A stretch of DNA of 35,967 nucleotides, taken from the NCBI GenBank assembly GCA_016200595.1, contig JACQEL010000583.1:1-35967 (forward strand). The letters are read 5' to 3'. A program made the position numbers and the translations under genes. Under the pieces are notes generated by a model. It worked only from the letters and a program-made list of their open reading frames with translations. It did no database searches and was not told the origin of the DNA. Shown piece after piece: positions 9,669 through 19,600 of this stretch; positions within the stretch are counted from its first letter, which is position 1; every line of letters starts with the position of its first letter. Origin of the DNA: Deltaproteobacteria bacterium. Lineage in GTDB: Bacteria; Desulfobacterota; Binatia; Bin18.

Positions 9669-12600
9669 TTGAGTTTTACTGACAACAGACAAGATGCCTC
9701 ACTGCAGGCTGGGCACTTCAATGATTTCATCGAAATTGGCTTGCTCCGCGCGACCCTCTACCGCGCCGTTTATGATGCTGGTTCTGTGGGACTCTCTCAC
9801 CAGAATCTGGCACAGAAGGTGTTTGACGCGCTCAATCTTCCCCTCGAACGATACGCTAGCAATCCCACCGTGCGTTTCCAGCAACTAGCCGAGACGCACC
9901 GGGCGCTTCGGGAAGTGCTCGAATATCGCCTCTATCGAGACTTGCAACGTGGCTGGCGTATTACTGCCCCCAATCTTGAGCAGTGCGGCTTGTTAGAGAT
10001 TCGTTATCTGTCCCTCGATGAGGTCTGCCAAGCTGAAGATGTCTGGCAGAATAGCCATCCGGCCTTAGTCACAGCCAGCCCGCAGACCAGAATGCAGGTT
10101 GCTCGTGTTCTGTTGGACTATATGCGGCGAGAGCTCGCGATCAAGGTAGATGTATTGACTTCTCTCTATCAAGAGCGCATTCAGCGGCAGAGCAGTCAGT
10201 ATCTGATCGATCCGTGGGCACTCGATGAGAATGAGGTCACGCGCATGGAACGCGCGGCGATTCTTTTTCCCCGCCCCTCGCGTCCAGGAGATTACGGCGG
10301 ACACGTCTACCTCTCCGCCCGTGGCGGCTTCGGCCAGTACCTTGGACGGAATGCGACATTTCCGGAATGGAGAGATGCGTTACGTTTGGGGGACCGGCAA
10401 ACCATTATTCTCGACCTGCTGAAGGGCCTGGGGATAGCCGGGCTTGTCGAAATCGTGCAAGAGGCAAAGGGGAACGACGAGGTGTCTGGCTATCAACTCC
10501 CAGCATCGGCCTTACTATGGGTCGCCGGGGACGGTACGCGTGCCTTCCATGATCCGATCCGCATGCCAAATGTTCCAGAGACCGGAGGTCGAACAAATTC
10601 CTTCTTCGTGGAGTTTTACAAGACCATAGCAGCAGAAACTCAAGGGTTAGAAGCACGTGAGCATACTGCTCAGGTGCCCTATGAACTTCGCTTGGATCGT
10701 GAAAGCCGTTTTCGTACGGGGCAGTTGCCCGTCTTGTACTGTTCGCCGACTATGGAGCTTGGCGTTGACATTGCCGAACTCAATGTCGTCAATATGCGTA
10801 ATATTCCACCGACGCCGGCAAACTATGCCCAGCGCAGCGGGCGCGCTGGACGCAGTGGACAGCCAGCCTTAGTGTTCTCATACTGCGCCACGGGCAGTCC
10901 GCATGATCAATATTTCTTCAAACGGCCAGAGCGGATGGTGGCCGGTGCCGTCACTCCACCACGCCTCGACTTGGCCAACGAAGATCTCATTCATGCACAC
11001 GTTCAGGCTATTTGGCTGGCGGAAACAGGTTTGAGCCTTGGTCAATCGCTTAAAGATATCCTGGACATTACTGGCGAGGAGCCGAGCCTGGCACTGCAAG
11101 AGCAAGTACAGGCGGATATCGCAGCCGAGAGACCGCGACAGCGAGCACGTGCACGCGCCGAGCGGGTCCTGGCAACGATCGGTAATGAACTCCAGGTGGC
11201 AGATTGGTACACCGAGCGCTGGCTCGACGAAGGGCTTGCCCAAGTGGGACGGAATTTTGAGCAAGCCTGTGAACGCTGGCGGGGATTATATCGTGCGGCA
11301 TTATCTCAGGCCAAAGCGCAGGACCGTATCATCCGCGATGCTTCCCGCAGTGCACAAGATAAGGCCCAGGCAGAGCGACTACGGCGGGAAGCGGAATCTC
11401 AATTAAAATTACTGACCGAAGCTGAAGATCTTGCCCAGTCGGATTTCTACAGTTACCGCTACTTCGCTAGTGAGGGTTTTCTCCCTGGATATAGTTTTCC
11501 GCGTCTTCCACTTTCTGCGTACATCCCAGGACGGCGCACGAAACAGCGCGATGAATTCCTCTCCCGCCCGCGCTTCCTAGCGATATCTGAGTTTGGTCCG
11601 CAAGCCTTTATCTACCATGAAGGATCACGCTACGTCATCAATAAAGTCATCCTGCCAGTCGAAGCTGATGAGTTGCTGACGCGCCGGGCGAAGCAATGTC
11701 TGCATTGCGGCTATGTACATCCGATTACTGACGGTGAAGGGCTTGACCTGTGCGAGCGCTGTAAAGCGCCACTCGGCGCACCATTGACCTCGTTATTACG
11801 CTTGCAGAATGTCTCGACACGTCGTCGAGACAAGATCACTTCGGAAGAAGAGGAACGCACCCGTTTAGGCTATGAGATCATCACGGGTTTTCGCTTCGCA
11901 GAAACCGGCGGTCATCTCTCCTGCACCAGCGCCACCATTGAGCGAGAGGGAACTGTTTTAGGACACCTCACCTATGGCCATACAACGACGCTCTGGAGAA
12001 TCAATCTCGGGTGGCGACGGCGCAGGCAAAAAGATCAATATGGCTTTGTGCTTGATAAAGAACGCGGCTATTGGGCACGGAACGAACAAGTGATCGATGA
12101 AGATGATCAAAATCCGGACCCACTCTCTGCCCGAACCGCACGCGTCATTCCCTACGTGGAAGATCGCCGCAACTGTTTACTGTTTGAGCCGGCTGAATCA
12201 TACAGCGATACGGTGATGGCATCACTCCAGGCCGCCCTCAAAAGCGCGATCCAGGTAGTGTACCAACTGGAAGATAATGAACTCGCCGCCGAACCTCTTC
12301 CCGGTTCTGGCCCGCAGCCTCGACGGTTACTCCTCTTCTACGAGGCAGCCGAAGGCGGCGCTGGGGTACTGCGGCGCATCCTGGATGATCCGCAAGCGTT
12401 TGCTGAACTTGCAAAAGAAGCACTCCGTCTGTGTCACTTTGATCCCGACACTGGCGAGGACCGCAGGCGAGCGCCCCGCGCCTCAGAAGACTGCGAAGCC
12501 GCATGTTATGACTGCTTGATGGAGTATTACAATCAACGGGATCACCCTCTGCTTGATCGCCAAGCCATCCTCAACATTTTGCTGCGGTGGGCAGGGGCAC

Positions 12601-12965
12601 GCGTCGCCGCTTCACCAGGACCACAGTCACGCACGGAACATCTCGTGCAGTTGTCTCGTCTAGCCGGCTCGGAACTGGAGCGGTATTGGCTTCGCTATTT
12701 GGAGGAGCACAGCTATCGTCTTCCATCGCATGCCCAGAAATTGATTGAGGCATGCAAGACACAGCCTGATTTTTTTTACGAGGAGAGTCAGGCGGCTATC
12801 TACGTCGATGGCCGGCCACATGATTATCCACAGCGGCAAGAACGCGACGCCACCCAAACGGAATGTTTGGAAGACCATGGCTATCTGGTGATCCGCTTTG
12901 GTCACCAGGATGACTGGATGGCTAAAATCGCGCAGTATCCACATATCTTTGGGAGAAAAGCATGA
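9669..12965 (+). CDS. C-terminal part of the same helicase: RecA2 lobe + DUF1998 (MrfA-type Zn cluster) + DUF559/Vsr-like PD-(D/E)xK nuclease-fold domain
   Basis: It is in the same frame as 7770..9650 (both coordinates are 0 mod 3). It reads LLSFTDNRQDAS, then motifs V/VI SPTMELGVDI...YAQRSGRAGRSGQPA. A Zn ribbon CLHCG...CERC and the DUF1998-like CEAACYDCLMEYYNQRDH follow. The C-terminus reads PDFFYEESQAAIYVDGRPHDYPQRQERD...GYLVIRF. The TTG start in the track has only a weak RBS. Confidence 0.85.
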   Translation: MSFTDNRQDASLQAGHFNDFIEIGLLRATLYRAVYDAGSVGLSHQNLAQKVFDALNLPLERYASNPTVRFQQLAETHRALREVLEYRLYRDLQRGWRITAPNLEQCGLLEIRYLSLDEVCQAEDVWQNSHPALVTASPQTRMQVARVLLDYMRRELAIKVDVLTSLYQERIQRQSSQYLIDPWALDENEVTRMERAAILFPRPSRPGDYGGHVYLSARGGFGQYLGRNATFPEWRDALRLGDRQTIILDLLKGLGIAGLVEIVQEAKGNDEVSGYQLPASALLWVAGDGTRAFHDPIRMPNVPETGGRTNSFFVEFYKTIAAETQGLEAREHTAQVPYELRLDRESRFRTGQLPVLYCSPTMELGVDIAELNVVNMRNIPPTPANYAQRSGRAGRSGQPALVFSYCATGSPHDQYFFKRPERMVAGAVTPPRLDLANEDLIHAHVQAIWLAETGLSLGQSLKDILDITGEEPSLALQEQVQADIAAERPRQRARARAERVLATIGNELQVADWYTERWLDEGLAQVGRNFEQACERWRGLYRAALSQAKAQDRIIRDASRSAQDKAQAERLRREAESQLKLLTEAEDLAQSDFYSYRYFASEGFLPGYSFPRLPLSAYIPGRRTKQRDEFLSRPRFLAISEFGPQAFIYHEGSRYVINKVILPVEADELLTRRAKQCLHCGYVHPITDGEGLDLCERCKAPLGAPLTSLLRLQNVSTRRRDKITSEEEERTRLGYEIITGFRFAETGGHLSCTSATIEREGTVLGHLTYGHTTTLWRINLGWRRRRQKDQYGFVLDKERGYWARNEQVIDEDDQNPDPLSARTARVIPYVEDRRNCLLFEPAESYSDTVMASLQAALKSAIQVVYQLEDNELAAEPLPGSGPQPRRLLLFYEAAEGGAGVLRRILDDPQAFAELAKEALRLCHFDPDTGEDRRRAPRASEDCEAACYDCLMEYYNQRDHPLLDRQAILNILLRWAGARVAASPGPQSRTEHLVQLSRLAGSELERYWLRYLEEHSYRLPSHAQKLIEACKTQPDFFYEESQAAIYVDGRPHDYPQRQERDATQTECLEDHGYLVIRFGHQDDWMAKIAQYPHIFGRKA

Positions 12966-15802
12966 GCTTTGCGGTAGGGTCGCTTGTCAAAGCACGAGGA
13001 AGGGAATGGGTCGTCTTGCCGGAATCGGAGGACAATTTGCTCGTACTCCGTCCTCTTGGCGGCACTGAGGATGAGGTCACGGGCATCTATCTTCCACTTG
13101 AACGAGTCGAGTCGGCGCGTTTTGACCTACCCGACCCCACACAGCTTGGAGACGACCGTTCCTGCCGCTTACTTCGTGATGCGGTGCGCCTCGGATTTCG
13201 CGCCAGCGCCGGCCCGTTTCGCTCGTTCGCCCGCATCGCTGTCGAACCGCGTCCTTATCAGTTGATACCTTTGTTAATGGCGCTGAAACTTGATCCCGTA
13301 CGCCTGTTGATTGCTGATGATGTCGGCATCGGCAAGACTATCGAGGCGTGTCTCGTCGCCCGTGAATTGATTGACCGTGGTGAAGTCGGACGTCTCGCAG
13401 TCCTGTGTCCACCACAGCTGGCGGAGCAGTGGCAAGCGGAACTACGCGACAAGTTCCACATTGACGCTGCGCTGGTGCTTCCCGGTACGGCCTCCCGGTT
13501 AGAGCGAGACTGCGGGCCGACGCAGTCGTTGTTTGATCTCTACCCCTACGTGATCGTTTCGACCGATTTCATCAAGTCAGACCGTCGGCGCGACGAATTT
13601 CTCCGCACCTGCCCCGAGCTAGTCATCGTTGATGAAGCCCACACCTGCGCCTCTGCCGCAGAAGGGTGGGGAGGTCGGCATCAGCGTCATCAATTAGTCT
13701 CTGGTCTGGCAGCCAACCAGAACCGCCATCTCATTCTGGTCACCGCGACCCCTCATAGCGGTAATGAGGAAGCGTTTCGTTCGTTGCTTACCTTATTGAA
13801 GCCAGAGTTTGCCCAGCTACCGCCAGATCTCATGGGCCGAGAGCACGAAGCTCAGCGCCGGCAGCTTGCTGCCCATTTCGTAGAGCGACGACGCGGAGAC
13901 ATTCGCCGCTATTTAGAGGCTGACACCCCTTTCCCCGAACGGGAAGAGAGCGAACAGACTTACAAACTTTCCGATGGCTACAAACGGCTCTTTGAGCGGG
14001 CGCTGAAATACGCGCGTGAGACTGTTGCCGATCCGGCTGGTCACACCCATCGCCAACGAGTCCGCTGGTGGTCGGCGCTGGCGCTGCTACGTTCTTTGGC
14101 CTCCAGTCCTGCGGCAGCCGCAGCCACCTTACGCAGCCGCGCCGCCGTGGCGGACACCGAAACCCCGACCGAAGCCGACCAGATTGGTCGCCGCGTTGTG
14201 CTCGATCTCATAGATGATGAATCGGCAGAGGGCGCGGACCTTCCTCCTGGCAGTGATCCCGGCGAGGAAAATGATGATGGGCATGGCAATCGACGCCGTC
14301 TCCTAGAGATGGCGCGAGAGGCTGACGCCTTACAAGGGGATAAGGATGAGAAGCTGAAAAAAGCAATCAAGCTGGTGGAGGTCTTGGTGAAAGATGGCTT
14401 CAATCCGATCCTCTTTTGTCGTTTTATTCCCACGGCTGAATACGTGGCCTTGGCGCTGCGGGAGAAGTTACCAAAGAACATAGATGTCGCAGCGGTCACT
14501 GGCACGCTGCCGCCTGCGGAACGGGAAGAGCGGGTGCTGCAACTCGCTCAGGCGCCTCGGCGTGTGCTCGTCTGCACCGATTGTTTGAGTGAAGGTATTA
14601 ACCTGCAAGAACACTTCGACGCAGTCATGCACTATGATTTGTCCTGGAATCCGACCCGCCACGAGCAGCGCGAAGGACGAGTGGATCGCTATGCGCAACC
14701 GAGTAAAACAGTGCGAGTGTTGACGTATTACGGCGTTGATAACCAGATTGATGGTATCGTGCTTGATGTGCTGCTGCGGAAGCATAAGACTATCCGCAGC
14801 TCGCTTGGCATTTCTGTCCCGGTTCCAATCGACCCTGACCAGGTCATCGAAGCGATCTTTGAGGGACTGCTCCTGCGAGAGAGTTCGGGTAAGGGACAAC
14901 AGTATCTCCCTGGATTTGAAGAAATCCTCAAACCGCAAAAGGAAGACCTCTTCCAGAAGTGGGATGCCGCGACAGAACGAGAGAAGCGGTCACGGACGAT
15001 GTTTGCCCAAGAGACCATCAAAGTCGATGAAGTCGCTCGCGAACTCACAGCAGTGCGGGCAGCGATTGGTTCAAGCGTGGACGTTGCCACGTTCACTAAA
15101 GAGGCCTTCCGTGTCCAGGGTGCGGTCGTCAGCGAGAATGGTGCTGTCCGCTTTGATCTCACCGAAGTGCCCCGTGCTCTGCGTGAAGCTGTTGGCAACT
15201 ACGAGCGCCTGACCGCCCGCTTTGAACTTCCTATTAAGGATGGACAACTATACCTGAGCCGCACCCACCCGATCATTGAGGGTTTGGCGAGTTACGTCAT
15301 GGATACAGCTCTTGATTCGCTGGGGCAGGGAGTTGCACGTCGTTGCGGCGTGATCCGCACCAGCCAGGTGGAGCGCCGTACCACCGTACTGCTCGTGCGC
15401 TGCCGGTACCATATCGTTACACAGCGCGGTGACACGGCAGGCATGATGCAGGATTCCCCTCCTCTCTTGGCGGAAGATTGCCTTGTCCTGGCTTTTGCTG
15501 GCGCTCCACAGAGTGCGCAGTGGCTGGATGAGAAGCGGGCGGAGGAACTGCTGCACGCTCATCCTGAGACGAATGTGTCGCCGGACCAAGCCACCCACTT
15601 CTTGGGGATTGTCATTGATGGCTTTGCGGCGATTCAGCCTCAGCTCGATCGGATCGCTGAACAGCATGGCCAGGAGATCTTGGCGGCACATCGCCGCGTG
15701 CGGCAAGCTAGCCGACTGCGGAACGTGCGGTACACAGTCGAACCCCACTTACCTCCCGATGTGCTTGGTGTGTACGTGTACCTCCCGGTTAGTGGACGGT
15801 GA
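12962..15802 (+). CDS. SNF2-family helicase (DrmD-like)
   Basis: PYQLIPLL..LLIADDVGIGKTIEA (motif I), VIVDEAHTC (DEAH), LVTATPHSGNEE, and LSEGINLQ...YDLSWNPTRHEQREGRVDRYAQ (motifs V/VI). An ATGA overlap links it to the upstream stop. Confidence 0.85.
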   Translation: MSFAVGSLVKARGREWVVLPESEDNLLVLRPLGGTEDEVTGIYLPLERVESARFDLPDPTQLGDDRSCRLLRDAVRLGFRASAGPFRSFARIAVEPRPYQLIPLLMALKLDPVRLLIADDVGIGKTIEACLVARELIDRGEVGRLAVLCPPQLAEQWQAELRDKFHIDAALVLPGTASRLERDCGPTQSLFDLYPYVIVSTDFIKSDRRRDEFLRTCPELVIVDEAHTCASAAEGWGGRHQRHQLVSGLAANQNRHLILVTATPHSGNEEAFRSLLTLLKPEFAQLPPDLMGREHEAQRRQLAAHFVERRRGDIRRYLEADTPFPEREESEQTYKLSDGYKRLFERALKYARETVADPAGHTHRQRVRWWSALALLRSLASSPAAAAATLRSRAAVADTETPTEADQIGRRVVLDLIDDESAEGADLPPGSDPGEENDDGHGNRRRLLEMAREADALQGDKDEKLKKAIKLVEVLVKDGFNPILFCRFIPTAEYVALALREKLPKNIDVAAVTGTLPPAEREERVLQLAQAPRRVLVCTDCLSEGINLQEHFDAVMHYDLSWNPTRHEQREGRVDRYAQPSKTVRVLTYYGVDNQIDGIVLDVLLRKHKTIRSSLGISVPVPIDPDQVIEAIFEGLLLRESSGKGQQYLPGFEEILKPQKEDLFQKWDAATEREKRSRTMFAQETIKVDEVARELTAVRAAIGSSVDVATFTKEAFRVQGAVVSENGAVRFDLTEVPRALREAVGNYERLTARFELPIKDGQLYLSRTHPIIEGLASYVMDTALDSLGQGVARRCGVIRTSQVERRTTVLLVRCRYHIVTQRGDTAGMMQDSPPLLAEDCLVLAFAGAPQSAQWLDEKRAEELLHAHPETNVSPDQATHFLGIVIDGFAAIQPQLDRIAEQHGQEILAAHRRVRQASRLRNVRYTVEPHLPPDVLGVYVYLPVSGR

Positions 15803-15876
15803 TCGGTGGTCGGTAAAGGTCAAGGGTTAGTCCTCCCATTGATCATCGACCACTGAACTAGCATACTTGCCTTCTC

Positions 15877-15902
15877 CCAACTATGATAGTTGCTATAGTT
15901 GG
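15877..15902. promoter_or_regulatory. Nested palindromes upstream of the antitoxin gene (candidate TA operator)
   Basis: In ccaactatgatagttgctatagttgg, caacta-tga-tagttg is a perfect inverted repeat, and ccaactat pairs with atagttgg. It abuts the GGAGG RBS at 15901-15905. Confidence 0.4.
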
Positions 15903-15911
15903 AGGTGTTGC

Positions 15912-16184
15912 ATGACAGAAAAGGTCTCCACTTTAGAAGTTCGCCAGAAGCTCGGCGACATCCTGAATCGTGTCGCCCTCCGTCATGACCAGTTCATCAT
16001 CGAACGTAAAGGCAAGCCTTTGGCGGCGATGGTACCGGTCGAACAGTTTGAACAGATGCAGCGCGCGGCCCGCCTCCATTTGCTGCGGGTGCTGGATGAT
16101 CAGCCGGGAACCCTGTCACAAGAAGAGGCTGACCAGCTTGCCGACGAGGCGAAACACCGCACACGAAAATCCAAGCGGAAGTAA
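15912..16184 (+). CDS. Phd/YefM-type antitoxin
   Basis: MTEKVSTLEVRQKLGDILNRVALRHDQFIIERKGKPLAAMVPVEQFEQM is a typical Phd/YefM N-terminus. The ATG at 15912 is preceded by GGAGG, and the track start at 15867 is probably too far upstream. Confidence 0.8.
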   Translation: MTEKVSTLEVRQKLGDILNRVALRHDQFIIERKGKPLAAMVPVEQFEQMQRAARLHLLRVLDDQPGTLSQEEADQLADEAKHRTRKSKRK

Positions 16185-16190
16185 CTTCTC

Positions 16191-16622
16191 GTGCTCCGCG
16201 CCGTTCTTGATGCCAACGTACTCGCCAGCGCGCTGATCCGGCCACAGGGACCACCCGGGCAAATCGTGACTCGTTTCCTTGAGGATCATGCATTCGTACT
16301 CGTCGTCTCGGCTCCTATCCTCGAAGAGCTGCGCCGTTGTCTTTCATACCCGCGTGTGCGGAAATACCTGACTGTCACTGATGAGGAACTCGATCTGTGG
16401 GTGACCGCCCTTGGCCTGATTGCCGATTCAGTGGCAGGCGCTGCCTTTCTATCCGCGGTTGTTGCCGACCCTGACGATAACAAATATCTTGTTGCCGCGC
16501 TGGAAGGCCGTGCGGATTTCGTGGTCAGCGGGGACAGACATCTGCTCGATCTTGGAGAATACGAAGGTGTACGTATCATAACTCCACGCGCTTTCCTCCC
16601 CATGCTTCAACAGGAGAACTAG
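16191..16622 (+). CDS. PIN-domain toxin (TIGR00305-like)
   Basis: VLDANVLASALI (first acidic residue), ILEEL, and DPDDNKYLVAALEGRADFVVSGDRHLL. It starts at a GTG 6 nt after the antitoxin stop. Confidence 0.85.
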   Translation: MLRAVLDANVLASALIRPQGPPGQIVTRFLEDHAFVLVVSAPILEELRRCLSYPRVRKYLTVTDEELDLWVTALGLIADSVAGAAFLSAVVADPDDNKYLVAALEGRADFVVSGDRHLLDLGEYEGVRIITPRAFLPMLQQEN

Positions 16623-16623
16623 G

Positions 16624-19600
16624 ATGCAGCTCCGCCAGCGCGTTTCTTTCACTACTCTCCACGCGGAAGGCGCGATCCTTCCTGCCGACCTGCTCCAGCG
16701 CATTGCTGCTGGCGATCGCAATCTCACTGGACTCACCCCGGAAGACTATCACCTAGACAAAGGTGAGCGATTGAACGAGGCAACGAACCGTGCTTGGAAT
16801 CGTCTGGTTGGCACGTGGGCAACGTTTCGGGAGGCACGGGCAAAACTGTCTCCTGGCGATCTCGGTACGACGATTACGCGAGAGCGTTGGCTGCTTCCGC
16901 TGTGTTCTGAGCTTGGCTACGGACGCCTGCTCACCGCCAAAGCCATTGAAGTCGAGGGAAAGAGTTATCCAATTTCACACGGCTGGCAGCATGCACCGAT
17001 TCATCTCGTCGGCTGCCGCGTGGAGCTAGATACTCGCACCGCGGGCGTTGCCGGCGCTTCGCGGAGTAGTCCGCACGGACTTGTGCAAGAACTGCTCAAT
17101 CGTTCCGACAAACATTTGTGGGGATTCGTCTCCAATGGACTGCGGCTGCGTATTCTCCGGGACAACTCCAGTCTGACACGGCAGGCGTACGTTGAGTTTG
17201 ATCTCGAAGCCATGATGGAAGGTGAGGTCTATGCGGACTTCGTTCTCCTCTGGCTTCTCTGTCATGAGTCCCGGGTCGAAGCCGAACGACCGGCAGAATG
17301 CTGGCTTGAGCGCTGGTCCCGCACAGCCCAAGAGCAGGGCACTCGCGCGCTGGATCAACTCCGTGTCGGAGTCGAAGAAGCCATTACTGCTCTCGGCCGC
17401 GGCTTCCTGGTCCATCCGGCAAATCAGGGGCTGCGCGACAAGCTTCGTTCAGGGACATTAGAGAAGCATGAATACTACCGCCAGCTCCTCCGCCTGGTTT
17501 ACCGCTTACTCTTTCTCTTTGTGGCAGAAGATCGGGATCTGTTACTGAATCCGCAAGCCGACGTGGCTGCACGTGATCGCTACCAACGCTTCTATTCTAC
17601 TGCCAAATTGCGCCGCTTAGCTGAGCGCCGTGTCGGTACGCGGCATGCTGACCTCTACCACGGGCTTCGGCTGATTATACAAAAGCTCGGCAGTGATACT
17701 GGCTGTCCAGAACTCGCCCTCCCTGCATTGGGCAGTTTTCTTTTTTCTACGGAGGCGGTTCCTGATCTTGAGGGATGCGAAATCAGCAATCACGCTTTGC
17801 TGGATGCCATACGCGCACTGGCGTTTTCCACAGATAGTCACTCACGCCGGCTCGTCGATTATAAGAACCTTGGCTCTGAAGAACTGGGCAGCGTCTACGA
17901 GTCACTGCTGGAATTGCATCCAATCCTAAATGTTGATGCGGGAGCGTTCGAGCTCAAGACCGCTGGCGGTCACGAACGCAAGACCACTGGCAGTTATTAT
18001 ACGCCAACCAGTCTCATTCAGTGCCTTCTCGATTCTGCTCTTGATCCCGTGTTAGAAGAAGCGGCACGACAAGAAAACCCTGAAGCAGCAATCCTCAAAC
18101 TCAAAGTCTGTGATCCAGCGTGCGGGAGTGGCCACTTCCTGATCGCCGCCGCTCATCGTATCGCGAAGCACTTGGCTACAATCCGCACTGGTGATGACGA
18201 GCCATCCCCGGATGCAATACGTACAGCATTGCGCGACGTTATTGGTCACTGCATTTACGGCGTAGACGTTAATCCGATGGCAGTCGAGCTTTGCAAGGTG
18301 AGCCTATGGATGGAGGCGCTAGAGCCGGGCAAGCCGTTGTCTTTTCTCGATCATCGTATTCAGTGCGGCAACAGCCTGCTCGGTGCGACGCCAGCGTTGC
18401 TCAAGAAAGGCATTCCAGACGAGGCGTTTGATCCTATCGAAGGCGACGACAAGGAAGTGTGCCGAAAGTTCAAGAAGCTGAATAGAGAGGAGCGGAAAGG
18501 GCAAGGGTCATTGTTCGATGCATCTCTCCAACCATGGGAACGGCTAGGAGACCTCGCTGCTGGTCTGCTGAGCCTGGAGGAGATCTCAGACGATACCATT
18601 GCGGGCGTGCGGCATAAGCAGGAGCGTTACGAAGGTCTGGTGCGCTCCAGCGGCTACCTCTATGGCCGCCTGTGGGCCGATGCCTGGTGCGCGGCTTTTG
18701 TATGGAAGAAGACCAAGGAGTTTCCTTACCCGATCACTGAAGAAGTTTTTCACAGAATCGAGCAGAATCCCTTCTCTATTGCTTCTTGGATGCGCGAGGA
18801 GATCCAGCAGTTAGCCAAACAGTATCAGTTTTTCCACTGGCACCTAGTGTTTCCTGATGTCTTCTGGGTGCCGACAGGAAGTGAAGAACCCGAGAATGCG
18901 CAGGCTGGCTGGAGCGGCGGCTTCGACGTAGTGTTGGGCAACCCGCCGTGGGAACGGGTGAAGCTGCAAGAAAAGGAGTTCTTCGTCGAACGCAGCCCAG
19001 AGATCGCTAGTGCCTCTAACGCCGCCGTCCGTAAGCGCCTGATCACACAGCTGGTTGCTGACAACCCAAGCTTGATGGCCGAGTTTCAAACCGCTCAGCG
19101 CGAGGCCGAGGGCGAAAGTCATTTCATGCGCAACAGCGGTACCTATCCGCTCTGCGGTCGGGGCGACATCAACCTCTACACCATCTTCGCCGAAGCCGCC
19201 AGTAAACGCCTTGCTCCACCTGGACGTATGGGTCTCGTGCTTCCTTCCGGCATCGCCACCGACGATACCACAAAGTTCTACTTCCAAGATGTAATTGACA
19301 CCCGCTCGCTCGTCAGTCTATTTGATTTTGAGAACAAGGGCATCTTTCCCGGTGTCCACAGTAGCTACAAGTTCTGTCTCTTCACCGCCGGTTCTGGACG
19401 AGCCGCCCCGGCGGGGCGGAAGGACGGTGATGCCGCCGAGTTCGCGTTCTTCGCCCATTCCGTGGACGATCTCCAAGATCCCAAACGCCGCTACACCCTC
19501 TCTGCCGAGGACATTGCGCGTCTCAATCCCGACACACGTACTTGCCCCATCTTCCGTTCCAGCCTCGACGCTGGGCTTACGAAGACGATTTACGCTCACA

